A stretch of 64,000 nucleotides of DNA, taken from NCBI GenBank assembly GCA_963795785.1, contig CAWCKG010000018.1, positions 49,772 through 113,771 of the forward strand, written 5' to 3'. Both the position numbers and the translations under genes were made by a program. Under the pieces are notes generated by a model. It saw only the letters and a program-made list of their open reading frames with translations, made no database searches and had not been told where the DNA came from. Below, piece after piece: positions 1 to 10,762 of this stretch; position 1 is the first letter of the stretch; every line of letters starts with the position of its first letter. This DNA is from an uncultured Actinomycetes bacterium. Its GTDB lineage: Bacteria; Actinomycetota; Actinomycetes; Streptosporangiales; Streptosporangiaceae.

Positions 1-228
1 CCCGGCCTCGTACCAGCTGTCCTCGGAAAACCGGATCGCCTCGGTGAGCAACTGGTCCTTGGTCTTGAAGTAATAGATGACCAGTGCCGGGCTGGTCCCT
101 GCCCGCTCGGCCACGTCGGCGATGCGGCTATCGGCGTATCCGCGCTCGGCTATCACGTCGAGCGCCGCCCGCAGCATTTGTTCGCGCCGCTGATCGGCCG
201 TGCCGGCGTTGTTCGCCTGCACTCTCAT
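1..228 (-). CDS. TetR/AcrR-family transcriptional regulator, N-terminal part (gene runs off the left edge)
   Basis: Reverse translation from ATG (cat 226-228) gives MRVQANNAGTADQRREQMLRAALDVIAERGYADSRIADVAERAGTSPALVIYYFKTKDQLLTEAIRF, a classic TetR HTH. It is absent from the ORF track because the window edge truncates it. Confidence 0.8.
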   Translation of the reverse strand, partial: MRVQANNAGTADQRREQMLRAALDVIAERGYADSRIADVAERAGTSPALVIYYFKTKDQLLTEAIRFSEDSWYEAG

Positions 229-310
229 GGACACATCCTTGCCGACAAGAGCGATCTTGGCACCTGCTCCATCCGATCCATGCACTTGTGGACAAGCGTA
301 CCAGTTTCTA

Positions 311-326
311 GACTGAACATTCAGTC
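311..326. promoter_or_regulatory. Palindromic operator candidate GACTGAA-CA-TTCAGTC
   Basis: Perfect 7-bp inverted arms in the divergent intergenic region between the TetR gene and the oxidoreductase gene. Related sites occur at 8093-8106 and 13162-13181. Confidence 0.5.
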
Positions 327-392
327 AAACATTTGGCGGCCGGCGGCGGTACGGATCCGTGGCGCGGCGCCGGAACGCAGGAGGTCGGACTC

Positions 393-2027
393 ATGGCCGC
401 ACGATACGACGCGATCGTGGTGGGCGGAGGGCACAACGGGCTGGTCGCGGCCGCGTACCTGGCCCGGTCGGGCGCGCGGACGCTGGTGCTGGAGGCACGC
501 GGGAAGACCGGCGGGGCGGCGACCACGGAGGCACCCTGGCCGGACGCGCCGGACTTCCGGGTCACCCGGCTGTCCTACGTGATGAGCCTGATGCCGCCGA
601 CCATCATCAACGACCTCGACCTGGCCAGGCACGGCTACAAGATCTTCCCGATGGGCCCGTACTACCAGGCCTTCCCCGAGGGCGGCTCGATCAAGCTGTA
701 CGCCGACGACGCCAAGCGCAACCACGAAGAGGTGTCCAGGTGGTCGGTGAAGGACGCCGACGCCATGCCCCGCTGGGACGCCTGGCTGGCCGGCCTGGCC
801 GAGGTGCTCGGCCCGCTGCTGCTCACCGTGCCGCCGAAGATCGGCTCCCGCTCCCCCCGCGACCTGAATGAGACGCTGCGGCTGGCCTGGCGGCACCGCG
901 GGCTCGGCGTGCGCACGATCGCCGACGTCACCCGGCTGATGACGATGAGCATCGCCGACCTGCTCGACGACTGGTTCGAGTCGCCGCAGGTGAAGGGCGC
1001 GCTGGCGGTCAACGGGGTGATCGGCACCTGGGCGGGCCCCTATGAGCCGGGCACCGCGTACGTGATGGCGCACCACTCGATCGGCGACGTGGGCGACGGC
1101 CACCTCGGCAACTGGGGCTTCCAGGAGGGCGGCATGGGCGCGGTCTCCGACGCGATCGCCCGCGCCGCCCGCGGCTTCGGCGCGGAGATCAGGACCGGCG
1201 CGCCGGTCGCCAAGGTGGTGACCAGCGGCGGCCGCGCCACCGGGGTGGTGCTGGAGTCCGGCGAGGAGATCGGCGCGGGCGTGGTGGTGTCCTCGCTGCA
1301 CCCGCGGACCGCGTTCCTCGACCACGTGGGCGCCGACAACCTGCCCGGCGACTTCGTCACCGACATCGAGCACTGGAAGACCCGCAGCGGCGTGGTCAAG
1401 ATCAACCTGGCCCTGGCCGAACTGCCGGACTTCACCGCCGACCCGGGCACCAGCCTGCAGGAGCACCACACCGGCTCGGTCGAGATGGCGCCGACCATGG
1501 AGTACATCGAGCGCGCGTTCATCGACGCCCGGGAGGGCCGCCCGGCACAGCGCCCGTTCAGCGACGGGGTCATCCCCACCGCGTTCGACAAGACCCTGGT
1601 CCCGGACGGGTACCACATCATGTCGCTGTTCACCCAGTGGGTGCCGGCCGACTGGAACCTCGAACCGCACCGGGCCGAGCTTGAGGCCTACGCCGACCGG
1701 ATGATCGACTGCTACAACGAGCTGGCGCCCAACCTCAAGAGCGCCATCGTGCACCGCGACATCGTCGGCCCCTACGACATGGAGCATGACTACGGGCTGA
1801 TCGGCGGCAACATCTTCCACGGCGAACTGTCCCTGGAACAGCTGTTCCACATGCGCCCGGCACCCGGCTTCGCCGACTACCGCACGCCGATCGACGGCAT
1901 GTACTACGCCAGTTCCGCCACGCACGCCGGCGGCGGCGTCTGCGGCATCCCCGGCATGCAGGCGGCGAAGGCAGCGATCGCGGACAAGAAGGCGGCCAGC
2001 CGCCGGCGGCGCCTGCGGCGGTCATGA
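393..2027 (+). CDS. Phytoene-desaturase-family NAD(P)/FAD-dependent oxidoreductase
   Basis: ORF 333..2027. The likely start is ATG 393, preceded by GGAGG at 380-384. The N-terminus MAARYDAIVVGGGHNGLVAAAYLARSG is a dinucleotide-binding GxGxxG motif, and the overall length is CrtI-like. Confidence 0.85.
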   Translation: MAARYDAIVVGGGHNGLVAAAYLARSGARTLVLEARGKTGGAATTEAPWPDAPDFRVTRLSYVMSLMPPTIINDLDLARHGYKIFPMGPYYQAFPEGGSIKLYADDAKRNHEEVSRWSVKDADAMPRWDAWLAGLAEVLGPLLLTVPPKIGSRSPRDLNETLRLAWRHRGLGVRTIADVTRLMTMSIADLLDDWFESPQVKGALAVNGVIGTWAGPYEPGTAYVMAHHSIGDVGDGHLGNWGFQEGGMGAVSDAIARAARGFGAEIRTGAPVAKVVTSGGRATGVVLESGEEIGAGVVVSSLHPRTAFLDHVGADNLPGDFVTDIEHWKTRSGVVKINLALAELPDFTADPGTSLQEHHTGSVEMAPTMEYIERAFIDAREGRPAQRPFSDGVIPTAFDKTLVPDGYHIMSLFTQWVPADWNLEPHRAELEAYADRMIDCYNELAPNLKSAIVHRDIVGPYDMEHDYGLIGGNIFHGELSLEQLFHMRPAPGFADYRTPIDGMYYASSATHAGGGVCGIPGMQAAKAAIADKKAASRRRRLRRS

Positions 2028-4237
2028 CGGCTGCCGAACTTCGGGCCGCTACGCCGGCCCATCCGTCCCGGGCAGCGGCCGCCGCGGCGCCGCCCGGGGC
2101 GGGCCAGGAGCCGGCCCTGCGCGCGATGCTCGAAGCCCGCAGCGTGGCCCTGGTCGGTGCCAGCCCGCGGCCGGGCACGCTCGGCCAGCGGATGGTGGCC
2201 GAGGTGGCCCGCAGCCCGGCCTCGCCAGCGATGTACCTGGTCAACCCGAGGTACCGGGAGATCGGCGGGGTGCCGTGCCATCCGTCGCTGGCCGCGCTGC
2301 GCGGCCCGGTGGACCTGGTGCTGCTCGGGGTGCCCGACGCGGCCCTGGCCGGGCAGGTGGAACTCGCCGCGCGGCGGGGAGACAGGTCCGCGGTGATCTT
2401 CGGTGGTGCCCACGACCCGGTGCCCGGGGTGAGCCGGCTCCGGGGAACCGGGCCAGCCCCGGACCACGGTCTCGCTCAGGGACCGGATCGCCACGGCGGC
2501 GGGTGCCGCCGGGATGGCCCTGTGCGGCGCCGGCTGCATGGGGTTCGTCAACGTCGGCTACGGGCTGCGGGCGATCGGGTACCAGGAGCCGGACCAGCTT
2601 CCGGCGGGCCCGGTCGCGCTGGTCACCCAGTCCGGCTCGGTGTTCTCCGCCATGCTGCGCACCCGCCGGGCGCTCGGCTACACCGTGGCCGTCTCCTCCG
2701 GCCAGGAACTGGTCACCACGGCCGCCCAGTACGCGGCCTACGCGCTGACCCTGCCGGAGACCCGGGTGCTGGCCCTGGTCCTGGAGGCGATGCGGGACAC
2801 CCGTGCGCTGCGGCAGGTGCTGGAGACGGCCGCCGTCCGGCAAATTCCCGTGGTGCTGCTGACGGCGGGACGTTCCGCCGCAGGGCGCGCGCTGGTGACC
2901 GCGCATTCGGGGGCGCTGGCCGGCGCGGACGGGGCGTGGGAGGCGCTCGCGGACGCCTACGGCGTGCACCGGGTCGCCGACCTGGCGGAGCTGACCGACA
3001 CGCTGGAGCTGTTCACGATCGGGCGGCGGCCGCCGCCGGGGCCGCGCGGCGGGATCGCCACCGTGCACGACTCCGGCCTGGAACGGGCGCACATCGCCGA
3101 CCTCGCCGGTGACCTGGGCGTGCCGTTCGGGCCGATCGGCGAACAGACGGCGCGGCGGCTCGCCGAAGTGCTGGACCCGGGCCTGGAACCGGGCAACCCG
3201 CTGGACATGTGGGGCGCGAGCACCAAGGCGCAGTGGCAGCTCACCGAGTCGCTCGCCGCGCTGGCGGACGACCCGGCGGTCGGCGCGGTCGCGCTCGCGG
3301 TGGACCTGGTGACCGAGTTCGACGGCGACCGCTCGTACCAGCTCGCGCTGGCCGACGCGGCGCGCCGGACGGGCAAGCCGCTGGCGGTGCTGGCCAACAT
3401 CCCCTCGGCCGTGGACCCGGCGGTGGCCGGGGAACTGCGCGCGGCGGGCATCCCGGTGCTCGAAGGTGCGCGCAGCGGCCTGCTCGCCCTCGGCCATCTG
3501 CTCGCGCACGGCACCTGGCCCGGCCGGCCGCAGCCAGCCGCCGGTGGACACGGCGCGGCGGGACCGCTGGCTCCGGGCGCTGCGGTCCGGCCCGCTGCCC
3601 GCCGAGACGGCGTTCCGGCTGCTGCGCGACTACGGGATAGCGGTCGGCCCAGGCACGAAGCGCCGGACAGCGCCGGTGCGGCGCGCGCCGCGGCCGCCGA
3701 GATCGGGTACCCCGTGGTGCTCAAGACCGCCGAGCCGGGCGTGGCGCACAAGTCGGACGCGGGCGGGGTGGTGCTCGGCATCCGCGACCCGGCCGCGCTG
3801 GACGCCGCTTACGCGGGCCTGGCGGCGCGGCTGGGCCCGCGGGTGCTGGTATGCGAGACCGCGGAACCTGGCATCGAGCTGTCCGCCGGGATCGTCACCG
3901 ACGGCGACCTCGGGCCGCTGGTCGTCGTGGGCGCGGGCGGGATCCTGGTGGAGCACCTGGCCGACCGGGCGGTCGCGCTGCCGCCGGTGGACGCCGCCGG
4001 GGCCCGGCGGATGCTGTCCCGGCTGCGCGTGTCCCGGCTGCTGGCCGGGTTCCGTGGCGGGCCGCCCGCCGACCCGGCGCCGTCGCCGCGGCGATCACCG
4101 GCGTGTCCGCGATCGCCGCCGAACTGGGCGGCGCACTGGCCGCCCTCGACGTCAACCCGCTGATCTGCGGCCCGGCCGGCGCCGTCGCCGTGGACGTCCT
4201 CGCCGAGCCGCTCCCGCCCCGGCCCCTGATTTCGTGA
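2024..4237 (+). CDS. ADP-forming acyl-CoA synthetase (CoA-binding + ATP-grasp, acetate--CoA ligase family), interrupted by about 4 frameshifts
   Basis: Segments lie in ORFs 2024..3112, 2514..4163, 3466..4383 and 3851..4237. Recognisable pieces: SVALVGASPRPGTLG, MALCGAGCMGFVN, LVTQSGS, IGYPVVLKTAEPGVAHKSDAGGVVLG and a DVNPLI tail. Frame switches fall near 2450, 3540, 3650 and 4075. Confidence 0.75.
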
Positions 4238-4316
4238 TCATGGCGTTTGGCCGCGCATCAGGGCGGGAATTGCGCCAGGCTTGCCGATCACGGCGATCTG
4301 CTGGACGGCGTTTCGT

Positions 4317-4883
4317 TCACGGTTCCCTTCGGCATGTCGAGGTCGCTGAGCGCGAGATCTGCGAGTCGCCGATGTACAGGTAGGTCTTCGGATCGAAGAT
4401 CAGCTCGTCGAGCGTGCCGTGGGAGTGGTCATAGGCGGCGACGGCGATGCCCTTGGTGCCACCGGCCAGGGTAATGGCGTGGCCGATGACCTTGATGCCC
4501 TTCATCGGAGCAGGGCCTGAACATGGTGCGGAGGAGGCCAGGTGCGGCACGAGGAACTGGTACAAGCCATCAGCGATGCCCATGATCGCGCCCGCGGCGG
4601 GCGTCGAGGCTTGGTCGGTAGCGACGGAGCGGAGCAGATCTCGCTTCATGGCTGTGGCAGTGCACGGATCTGTCGCATAGGCGGCAAGGGGGATGGAGTC
4701 CGGGGACGGCCGCCAGGTGGGCCCGCGGCAGCGGCCATGATCAGGGCGGTCGGCGAGCGGGACCTGAGATGCCGTGGATGTGGGCAGCGACGACGAAGGT
4801 GTCGTCGTTGTGGCAACGACGACAACGCGGGAAGGAATGTGACCGACAGGCCAGCAGCGGCCAGCTGCGGTCACAGCCGTCAC
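4317..4883 (-). CDS. Hypothetical protein (possibly only 4317..4649 is real)
   Basis: ORF in a patch of locally lower GC. I recognise no domain. The C-terminal part reads GTLDELIFDPKTYLYIGD. Confidence 0.3.
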   Translation of the reverse strand: MTAVTAAGRCWPVGHIPSRVVVVATTTTPSSSLPTSTASQVPLADRPDHGRCRGPTWRPSPDSIPLAAYATDPCTATAMKRDLLRSVATDQASTPAAGAIMGIADGLYQFLVPHLASSAPCSGPAPMKGIKVIGHAITLAGGTKGIAVAAYDHSHGTLDELIFDPKTYLYIGDSQISRSATSTCRREP

Positions 4884-4968
4884 GCGGGTGCGGCCGGTCT
4901 CCCTCGATGATCACGGGACTACAGCACCTGGAGCAACCAAATCGCCATGATCGCAACGGCGGGCCGGG

Positions 4969-5540
4969 TCAGCGGTGCACGGCGGCGAGCAGGGCGGCGT
5001 AGCAGCGGACCAGTTCGGCCCGTTCCCCGGCGATGAGCGCGCTGCCGGGCTCGCACCCGCCGGCGACCCACCGGTCGGAGATGTCCATCGCCCGCGCGCG
5101 GTACTCGGCCGCCGGGCGGACCGCCGCTTCGCCGGTGTCGTACACATAGGCATACAGCCGGGCCAGCGCGGTGACCAGGGGCCCGTCGTCACTGCCCGCG
5201 TCGTACTGGTGCGCCCGGTGCGCCGCCCACCAGTCCACCTCCAGCCGGGCCGCGCGGGCGGGGTCGGCGGGCTCGCCGTGGGTGATCAGCAGCAGCGCGT
5301 AGAACCGGCGCATGCAGCGCCGGGCGCCGTCCGGGTCCCCCGGGTTGGGCGCCCAGAGCTGGTTGGCCCGCAGCACCAGCCACGCCCCGTGGACCGTGCG
5401 CAGCCAGTCCATGCCGAACGTGCCGTGCACCACCCGCAGCGAGGTCGACCAGGAACCGGGCCCACTGCCTGCGGTAGTAGGTCACCCACAGCTCGGTCTC
5501 CAGGTCGCCGACCTTGACCGGGTCGAAGGACCGCAGCGCG
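4969..5540 (-). CDS. Conserved hypothetical protein (frameshift near 5440)
   Basis: ORF 4969..5433 is extended upstream by FDPVKVGDLETELWVTYYRRQWARFLVDL, read in the frame of ORF 5189..6223. The start is uncertain. Confidence 0.4.
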
Positions 5541-5599
5541 ATCGCGCCGGACGGCGCGGCACGGCCGGGTGGCGGCCGCCGTGCGGCCCCGGCGGCCGG

Positions 5600-6375
5600 C
5601 GCGCGCCGGCCGCCGCGGGCCGGCCGCTGGCCGCCCCCGGCCAGGCGGACCCCGAAGCCGCCGGCCGCCAGCCGGAGCAGCACCGGGCCGGGCCGCACCA
5701 GGTCGGCCACCCGGCGGCCGCACAGCTTCTCCAGCTGGGCGAGGCGGCCCGCGTAGGCTGTCCGGGCCGGCCGCGCGGGCCTTGGACAGCTCCAGCGGCG
5801 TTGGCCCACACCTTGGCGCGGGACTCGCGCAGGAACCGCCGGGTGGCCATCCGGTTCAGCGGCTGCAGCGCGCGGTCCTGCCAGGTCCTGGCCGGCTCGA
5901 TCCGCTGCAGTTCGGCGTCCTCGGCACCGACCCTGACCGCGAGCACCTCGTCGATCCTGCGGTGGTCGGCCTCCCGGCGGGCGCGCACCTGCGGGTCGCC
6001 GAACTCCGCGTCGCTGATCACCGCGAGCAGCGCCTGGGGCAGGTCGTAGTTGATGTGGGCGTTCATGCCGAGCAGCACGTGGCGCACCGCCGGCAGGCCC
6101 GGCTGGGCCGCGGCGGCAGCGAAGGCCACCGCCCACGGCTCGGGCACCGGGTCGCCGCGCCGGCCGGCGTCCAGGGCGTCCAGGTACAGCTGGGCGAACG
6201 CGACGTCCCACCGGTCGACCCACTCCGGGTCGGCGAAGGCACCGTCGCGCAGCGCCCGCGCCACCGCTTCGGTGGTGCGCAGGTAGGTGCCGTGGAAGGC
6301 CAGCCGGGCGTCGCCGTCCCGGCGGAGTTCCGCCGCCAGGGCGGTCATCCGCTCGATCACATCGTCAATGCCCAT
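5600..6375 (-). CDS. DUF5995-family protein (frameshift near 5790; 3' end uncertain)
   Basis: Starts at ATG (cat 6373-6375): MGIDDVIERMTALAAEL. Contains LLGMNAHINYDLPQALL, which I recognise as DUF5995-like. The C-terminal part continues in the frame of ORF 5189..6223 (RLAQLEKLCGRRVADLVRPG). Confidence 0.55.
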
Positions 6376-6422
6376 GACGGCCCCCCGGGTAATCGGCGCC
6401 GCCCGAGAGCTTAACGGAAGGG

Positions 6423-6776
6423 TCAATAGATGACGTACAGCTTGCGGATCGTCTCGTGGATCTGCCAGGTGCCGGACCAGCCGCGGGGGAAGACCGCGCA
6501 GTCGCCGGTGCCGACCTCCTGCGGCGCGCCGCCGTCCGGGGTGACCGTCATCCGGCCCGCCAGGATGTGGACCGCTTCGTGCGTCTCCAGGGTCCAGTGC
6601 GACGGCCCGGGGGTGCACTCCCAGACGCCGACCTCCTGGTCGCCGTCGGACCACAAGGTGAGGCCCGAGGTCTGCATCGGCGCTCCGGTGGATTCGGCCA
6701 GCGGTCCCCAGTCCTCCAGGTCACCGGCGAGCGCGGCGGCGGCCAGGAACGGCGTGCCGGGAGGGGCTTGTGTCAT
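6423..6776 (-). CDS. Cupin-domain protein (DUF861 / EutQ-like)
   Basis: 117-aa ORF. The small beta-barrel signature is WECTPGPSHWTLETHEAVHILAGRMTVTPDGG...GDCAVFPRGWSGTWQIHETIRKLYVIY. Confidence 0.8.
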   Translation of the reverse strand: MTQAPPGTPFLAAAALAGDLEDWGPLAESTGAPMQTSGLTLWSDGDQEVGVWECTPGPSHWTLETHEAVHILAGRMTVTPDGGAPQEVGTGDCAVFPRGWSGTWQIHETIRKLYVIY

Positions 6777-6830
6777 GGTCGGGTGTTCCTCTCAGGTGAC
6801 GGTGCGCCGGCCAGGGACGTGCGGGGCCGG

Positions 6831-8067
6831 TCAGGTGACGGTGAGCTTGCCGGGCGCCTGGCCGGGCGCCATCTCGGGGAACGGCAGGGCGATCGGGTCG
6901 GCGGCCAGCTTGCTGCGGCCACGTGAGTCGAAGCGGTCCAGGCCGAGGTTCGTGGTGTCCACCACGTCGCTGCTGCCGGTCAGCGCGACGTCGGCGGCGG
7001 CGCGGGCCACCCCGGGACCCCACATCATCCCGGCGCCGCCCGCGCTGGCCACGGTGACCCCGGCCAGCGGCCCGTCCTGGCCGAGGGCCGGCCCGATGAT
7101 CGGCAGGTGGTCCGGGGTGTAGTCGATGGTGGCCGCCCAGACGCGGCGCAGCCCCAGGCCCACGGTGGCCGGCACCAGGGTCTCCAGCCTGGCCCGCATC
7201 GTGGCCAGGTAGTCGTAGTCCACGCTGCGGTTCTCGCCCGGCGGCTCGTCGGGGTTGCTCATCCCGAACAGCAGGCCGCCCTCCTCGGGCCGCCAGTACA
7301 GCCCGGCGTGCAGGTCGAAGACCATGGGCACCCGGGAGGCGTGCAGGTCGGGGTGCTGCTCCGTCACCGCGACCTGGTGCCTGACCCCGCCGGCCGGAAT
7401 GCGGATCCCGGCCAGGGCGCCGACCTCCGCGAGCTTCGGGCCGCCGGTGAGCACGACGAGCGGCGCATGCACCGGGCCGTCGCTGGTGCTCACCCCGCGC
7501 ACCTGGCCGCCAGCCGGCCAGCAGGCCCCGGAACGTCACCCGTTCGCAGACCGTAACGCCGCTGCTGAGCAAGGCCACGGTGTAGGCGGCCACGTTGCGG
7601 GGTGGGCTGATGAACCCGTCGTCGGCGCAGAACGTGCCGCCGAGCGTCTGCCCGGGGGCCAGCGCCGGGTTGACCGCGTCCACCTCGTCCGGGTCCAGCC
7701 AGACCGCGCCGATGCCGAACTCCGACTGCATGGCCAGCCGGTCCCTCGCGGCCTCGACCTCGGCCGTGGTGAAGCACGGCAGCAGGTACCCCTGGGGGGT
7801 GAAGCCCGAGTCGGTGCCGAGTTCCGCCTGCTGGCCCAGGTAGAACCGGCGGGACCAGATCCCGAGGCGCACGGCCTCCGGGGTACCGCCCTGGAGCCGG
7901 ACCACGCCCGCGGCGCGGCTGCTCGCGCCCTGGCCGAGCACGCCCTTTTCGACCAGGACGACCCGGTCCAGGCCCGCCTTGCGCAGGAAATAGGCGCACC
8001 ACGCGCCGATCGTCCCGCCGCCGACCACCACCGCGTCCGCGGTGTCCGGAAGACCAGGTGAGGGCAT
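6831..8067 (-). CDS. FAD-dependent oxidoreductase (sarcosine oxidase beta / DadA-like), one frameshift near 7510
   Basis: Starts at ATG (cat 8065-8067): MPSPGLPDTADAVVVGGGTIGAWCAYFLRKAG (GxGxxG). The C-terminal half is ORF 6831..7502. Confidence 0.8.
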
Positions 8068-8092
8068 TGGCACGAGCACGATGCTGGCATAA

Positions 8093-8106
8093 ACTGAACA
8101 TTCAGT
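8093..8106. promoter_or_regulatory. Palindromic operator candidate ACTGAA-CA-TTCAGT
   Basis: Has the same core as 311-326. It lies in the divergent intergenic region between the FAD oxidoreductase and the acyl-CoA dehydrogenase. Confidence 0.5.
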
Positions 8107-8149
8107 CAAGACTGGCCGCGGCAGCAGGAACCACCGGAGGAACGATCGC

Positions 8150-9316
8150 ATGTACGGGCTGAGCGAGTCCGACCTTGACATCCAGAAGCGGGCCGCGGCG
8201 TTCGCCGACGAGCTGATCCCGTTCGAGGTCGACGCCGAGCTGGCCGGCGGGGAACTGCCCGCCGAGGTGACCAAGGCACATGCCGCGCGCGCCAGGGAGA
8301 TGGGCCTGTGCGCCACGAACATGCCGGCCGAACTGGGCGGCGGCGGGTGCACCGCGCTGCAGCAGGTGCTGGTCCAGGAGCAGGCAGGCCGGGTCACCAA
8401 CGCACTGGGCTGGGTCGCCGCCACTCCCCCGTCCTGGCTGCCCGCGGTGGCCACCGCGGACCAGCTGGACCGGTACGTGCGCCCGGCGGTGCGGGGCGAG
8501 CGGGAGGAGTGCTACGCGATCACCGAGGAAGGCGCGGGCTCCGACGTGGCGGCGATCGAGGCGACCGCCCGCCGGGACGGTGACGGCTACCTGCTGAACG
8601 GCGTGAAGTGGCACGTCACCTCGTACAACACCGCCGACTTCGCCTTCTTCCAGGCCAAGCTGGACGGCGGCGCGCACCACGGCGAGCACGCGATGTTCCT
8701 GGTGGACCTGCCCAGCCCCGGTGTCCGCGTGGTGCGCACGCCGGCCTACACGCACACGATCAGCCACCACCACCCGATCGTCGCGTTCACCGACGTGCGC
8801 GTCCCCGCCGCCAACCTGATCGGAGCGGAGGGCGACGGCATGGCCTTCGCCTACGAGTGGTTCCGCTTCGAGCGGCTGATGGTGGCGGCCCGCTGCCTGG
8901 GCGCCGCCGGGCGGCTGACCGGGGAGATGACCGCGTTCGCCCGCGAGCGGCAGGCCGGCGGCTGGCCGATCAGCGAGTACGGCCTGGTCGGCGGGATGCT
9001 CGCGGACAGCCTGACGGAGCTGTTCGCGGCGCGTGCGCTGCTCTACGAGACCGCCCGGGGCATCGACGCGGGCGCCGACGTGAAGGTCTCGCACGCGCAG
9101 TGCTCCATGGCGAAGCTGTACTGCTCGGAGATGGCGGGGCGGGTCGCCGACCGGGCGGTCCAGGTGTTCGGCGGCCGCGGTTACATGCGGGAGAACGTGG
9201 CCGAGCGGTTCTACCGTGAGCTGCGGGTGGAGCGGATCTGGGAGGGCACCAGCGAGGTCCAGCGGGCGATCATCGCCGGCCAGATGGTCAAGCGCGGCCC
9301 GGCCGCACTGGCCTGA
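8150..9316 (+). CDS. Acyl-CoA dehydrogenase
   Basis: Intact 388-aa ORF with typical ACAD features: CYAITEEGAGSDVAAIE, GVKWHVTS, VFGGRGYMRENVAERFYRELRVERIWEGTSEVQR. Confidence 0.95.
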   Translation: MYGLSESDLDIQKRAAAFADELIPFEVDAELAGGELPAEVTKAHAARAREMGLCATNMPAELGGGGCTALQQVLVQEQAGRVTNALGWVAATPPSWLPAVATADQLDRYVRPAVRGEREECYAITEEGAGSDVAAIEATARRDGDGYLLNGVKWHVTSYNTADFAFFQAKLDGGAHHGEHAMFLVDLPSPGVRVVRTPAYTHTISHHHPIVAFTDVRVPAANLIGAEGDGMAFAYEWFRFERLMVAARCLGAAGRLTGEMTAFARERQAGGWPISEYGLVGGMLADSLTELFAARALLYETARGIDAGADVKVSHAQCSMAKLYCSEMAGRVADRAVQVFGGRGYMRENVAERFYRELRVERIWEGTSEVQRAIIAGQMVKRGPAALA

Positions 9317-9428
9317 CCGGGAACGAGCCGCCGGGTCGTGCCCTGGCCTGACGCGCGCCGGCACTAGCCAGACGCTCGGTTCATCCACGATGCTGAACCC
9401 GGGCTGGATGCCGAACGGAGATTTCGTC

Positions 9429-10604
9429 ATGCGCGCACGCCTTACGCCCGCGGTGCTGATGATGCTGCCAGTAGCAACGCTTGCCGGACTGGGATTGCCC
9501 ACGGCGCGGCCCGCCGCGCACCCGGGGCCGTACCCAGCGGTCCGGCCGACAGCATCTCAGCGGGTGACCGCCTACACCGGCTACGTCGCCAACCAGTTGA
9601 GCGGCACGGTGACCGCGTTCGACACCGCCACCAACAGCACGCTCGCGACCATCAACGTCGGCGGCGGTCCCGATCAGATCGTGATCACCCCCAACGGCGA
9701 GACCGCCTACGTCAGCAACGGCACGAACGCCGTAATCCCCATCACCACGGCCACCAACAAGCCAGGCCCAGCCATTCCGGCCGGCACCGGCGCCGGGTTC
9801 GTCGCGATCACCCCCAACGGCAAGACCGCCTATGTCGCCGACGGCGGCGCGGACACGGTGACCCCCATCAACACCGCCACCAACAAGGCTGGCGCCCCGA
9901 TCCCGGTCGGGGCGAGCCCCGGCTACATCGCCATCACCCCCAACGGCAAGACCGCCTACGTCACCACCGGTGGCTCGGTGACCCCGATCAATACGGCCAC
10001 GAACAAGCCCGGCCCCGCGATCCCGATCGCAAGCCCCGGCTACATCGCCATCACTCCCGACGGCAAAACGGCCTACGTCACCAGCGGCGGCTCGGTGACG
10101 CCCATCGACACCGCCAGCAACACCGCGGGGGCGGCGATCAACGTCGGCGGCTCGGCCACCGAGATCGCGATCGCCCCGGACGGCAAGACCGCCTACGTCG
10201 CCACGGGGCAGGCAACGGCGGGGGTGGTTCCCGTCCACACCGCGACCAACACGGCGGGCACGCCGATCCACGGCACCGGCCTGGCCTCGTTGATCGCGAT
10301 CGCGCCCAACGGGAAGACCGCCTACGTCAACGGGGTCGGCCCACGCTGCGGCATCATGAGCGTCGTCACGGTGCGGCCGATCCACCTCGCGACCAGCAAA
10401 GTGGGCGCGACGACCGCGATCGCCTGCCGCGGCACGATCTCCGGCATCGCGTTCACGCCCAATTCCAAGACCGCCGAAGTCGTCTCATACATGCTCACGT
10501 TCGGCCGTTTTGGCGACGTCACCGCGATCGACGTCGCCACCAACCGGGCCACGGGGGGAGCCGAAACGGGCCAGGTCCCGGTGGACATCGCGATCACCCC
10601 ATAA
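9429..10604 (+). CDS. Secreted YVTN-family beta-propeller repeat protein
   Basis: Starts at ATG 9429 with the signal-like N-terminus MRARLTPAVLMMLPVATLAGLG. Carries many repeats of the form ITPNGKTAYV..GxxTVTPINTATNKxGxxI. Confidence 0.85.
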   Translation: MRARLTPAVLMMLPVATLAGLGLPTARPAAHPGPYPAVRPTASQRVTAYTGYVANQLSGTVTAFDTATNSTLATINVGGGPDQIVITPNGETAYVSNGTNAVIPITTATNKPGPAIPAGTGAGFVAITPNGKTAYVADGGADTVTPINTATNKAGAPIPVGASPGYIAITPNGKTAYVTTGGSVTPINTATNKPGPAIPIASPGYIAITPDGKTAYVTSGGSVTPIDTASNTAGAAINVGGSATEIAIAPDGKTAYVATGQATAGVVPVHTATNTAGTPIHGTGLASLIAIAPNGKTAYVNGVGPRCGIMSVVTVRPIHLATSKVGATTAIACRGTISGIAFTPNSKTAEVVSYMLTFGRFGDVTAIDVATNRATGGAETGQVPVDIAITP

Positions 10605-10762
10605 GGTGCGGCGCCCCGCGCCGGGTCAGTTCACCAGCTGCACCGGCACGGCAATTACCCGCGGGCGCTGTACCCGTGGGCGGGCCGGCGTGCGATTGCC
10701 CGGCGGCCGTTCATCGGCGAGGCTGGTCCGTGGCGGGCGGGCACGAACGGGAGGACGGCGCG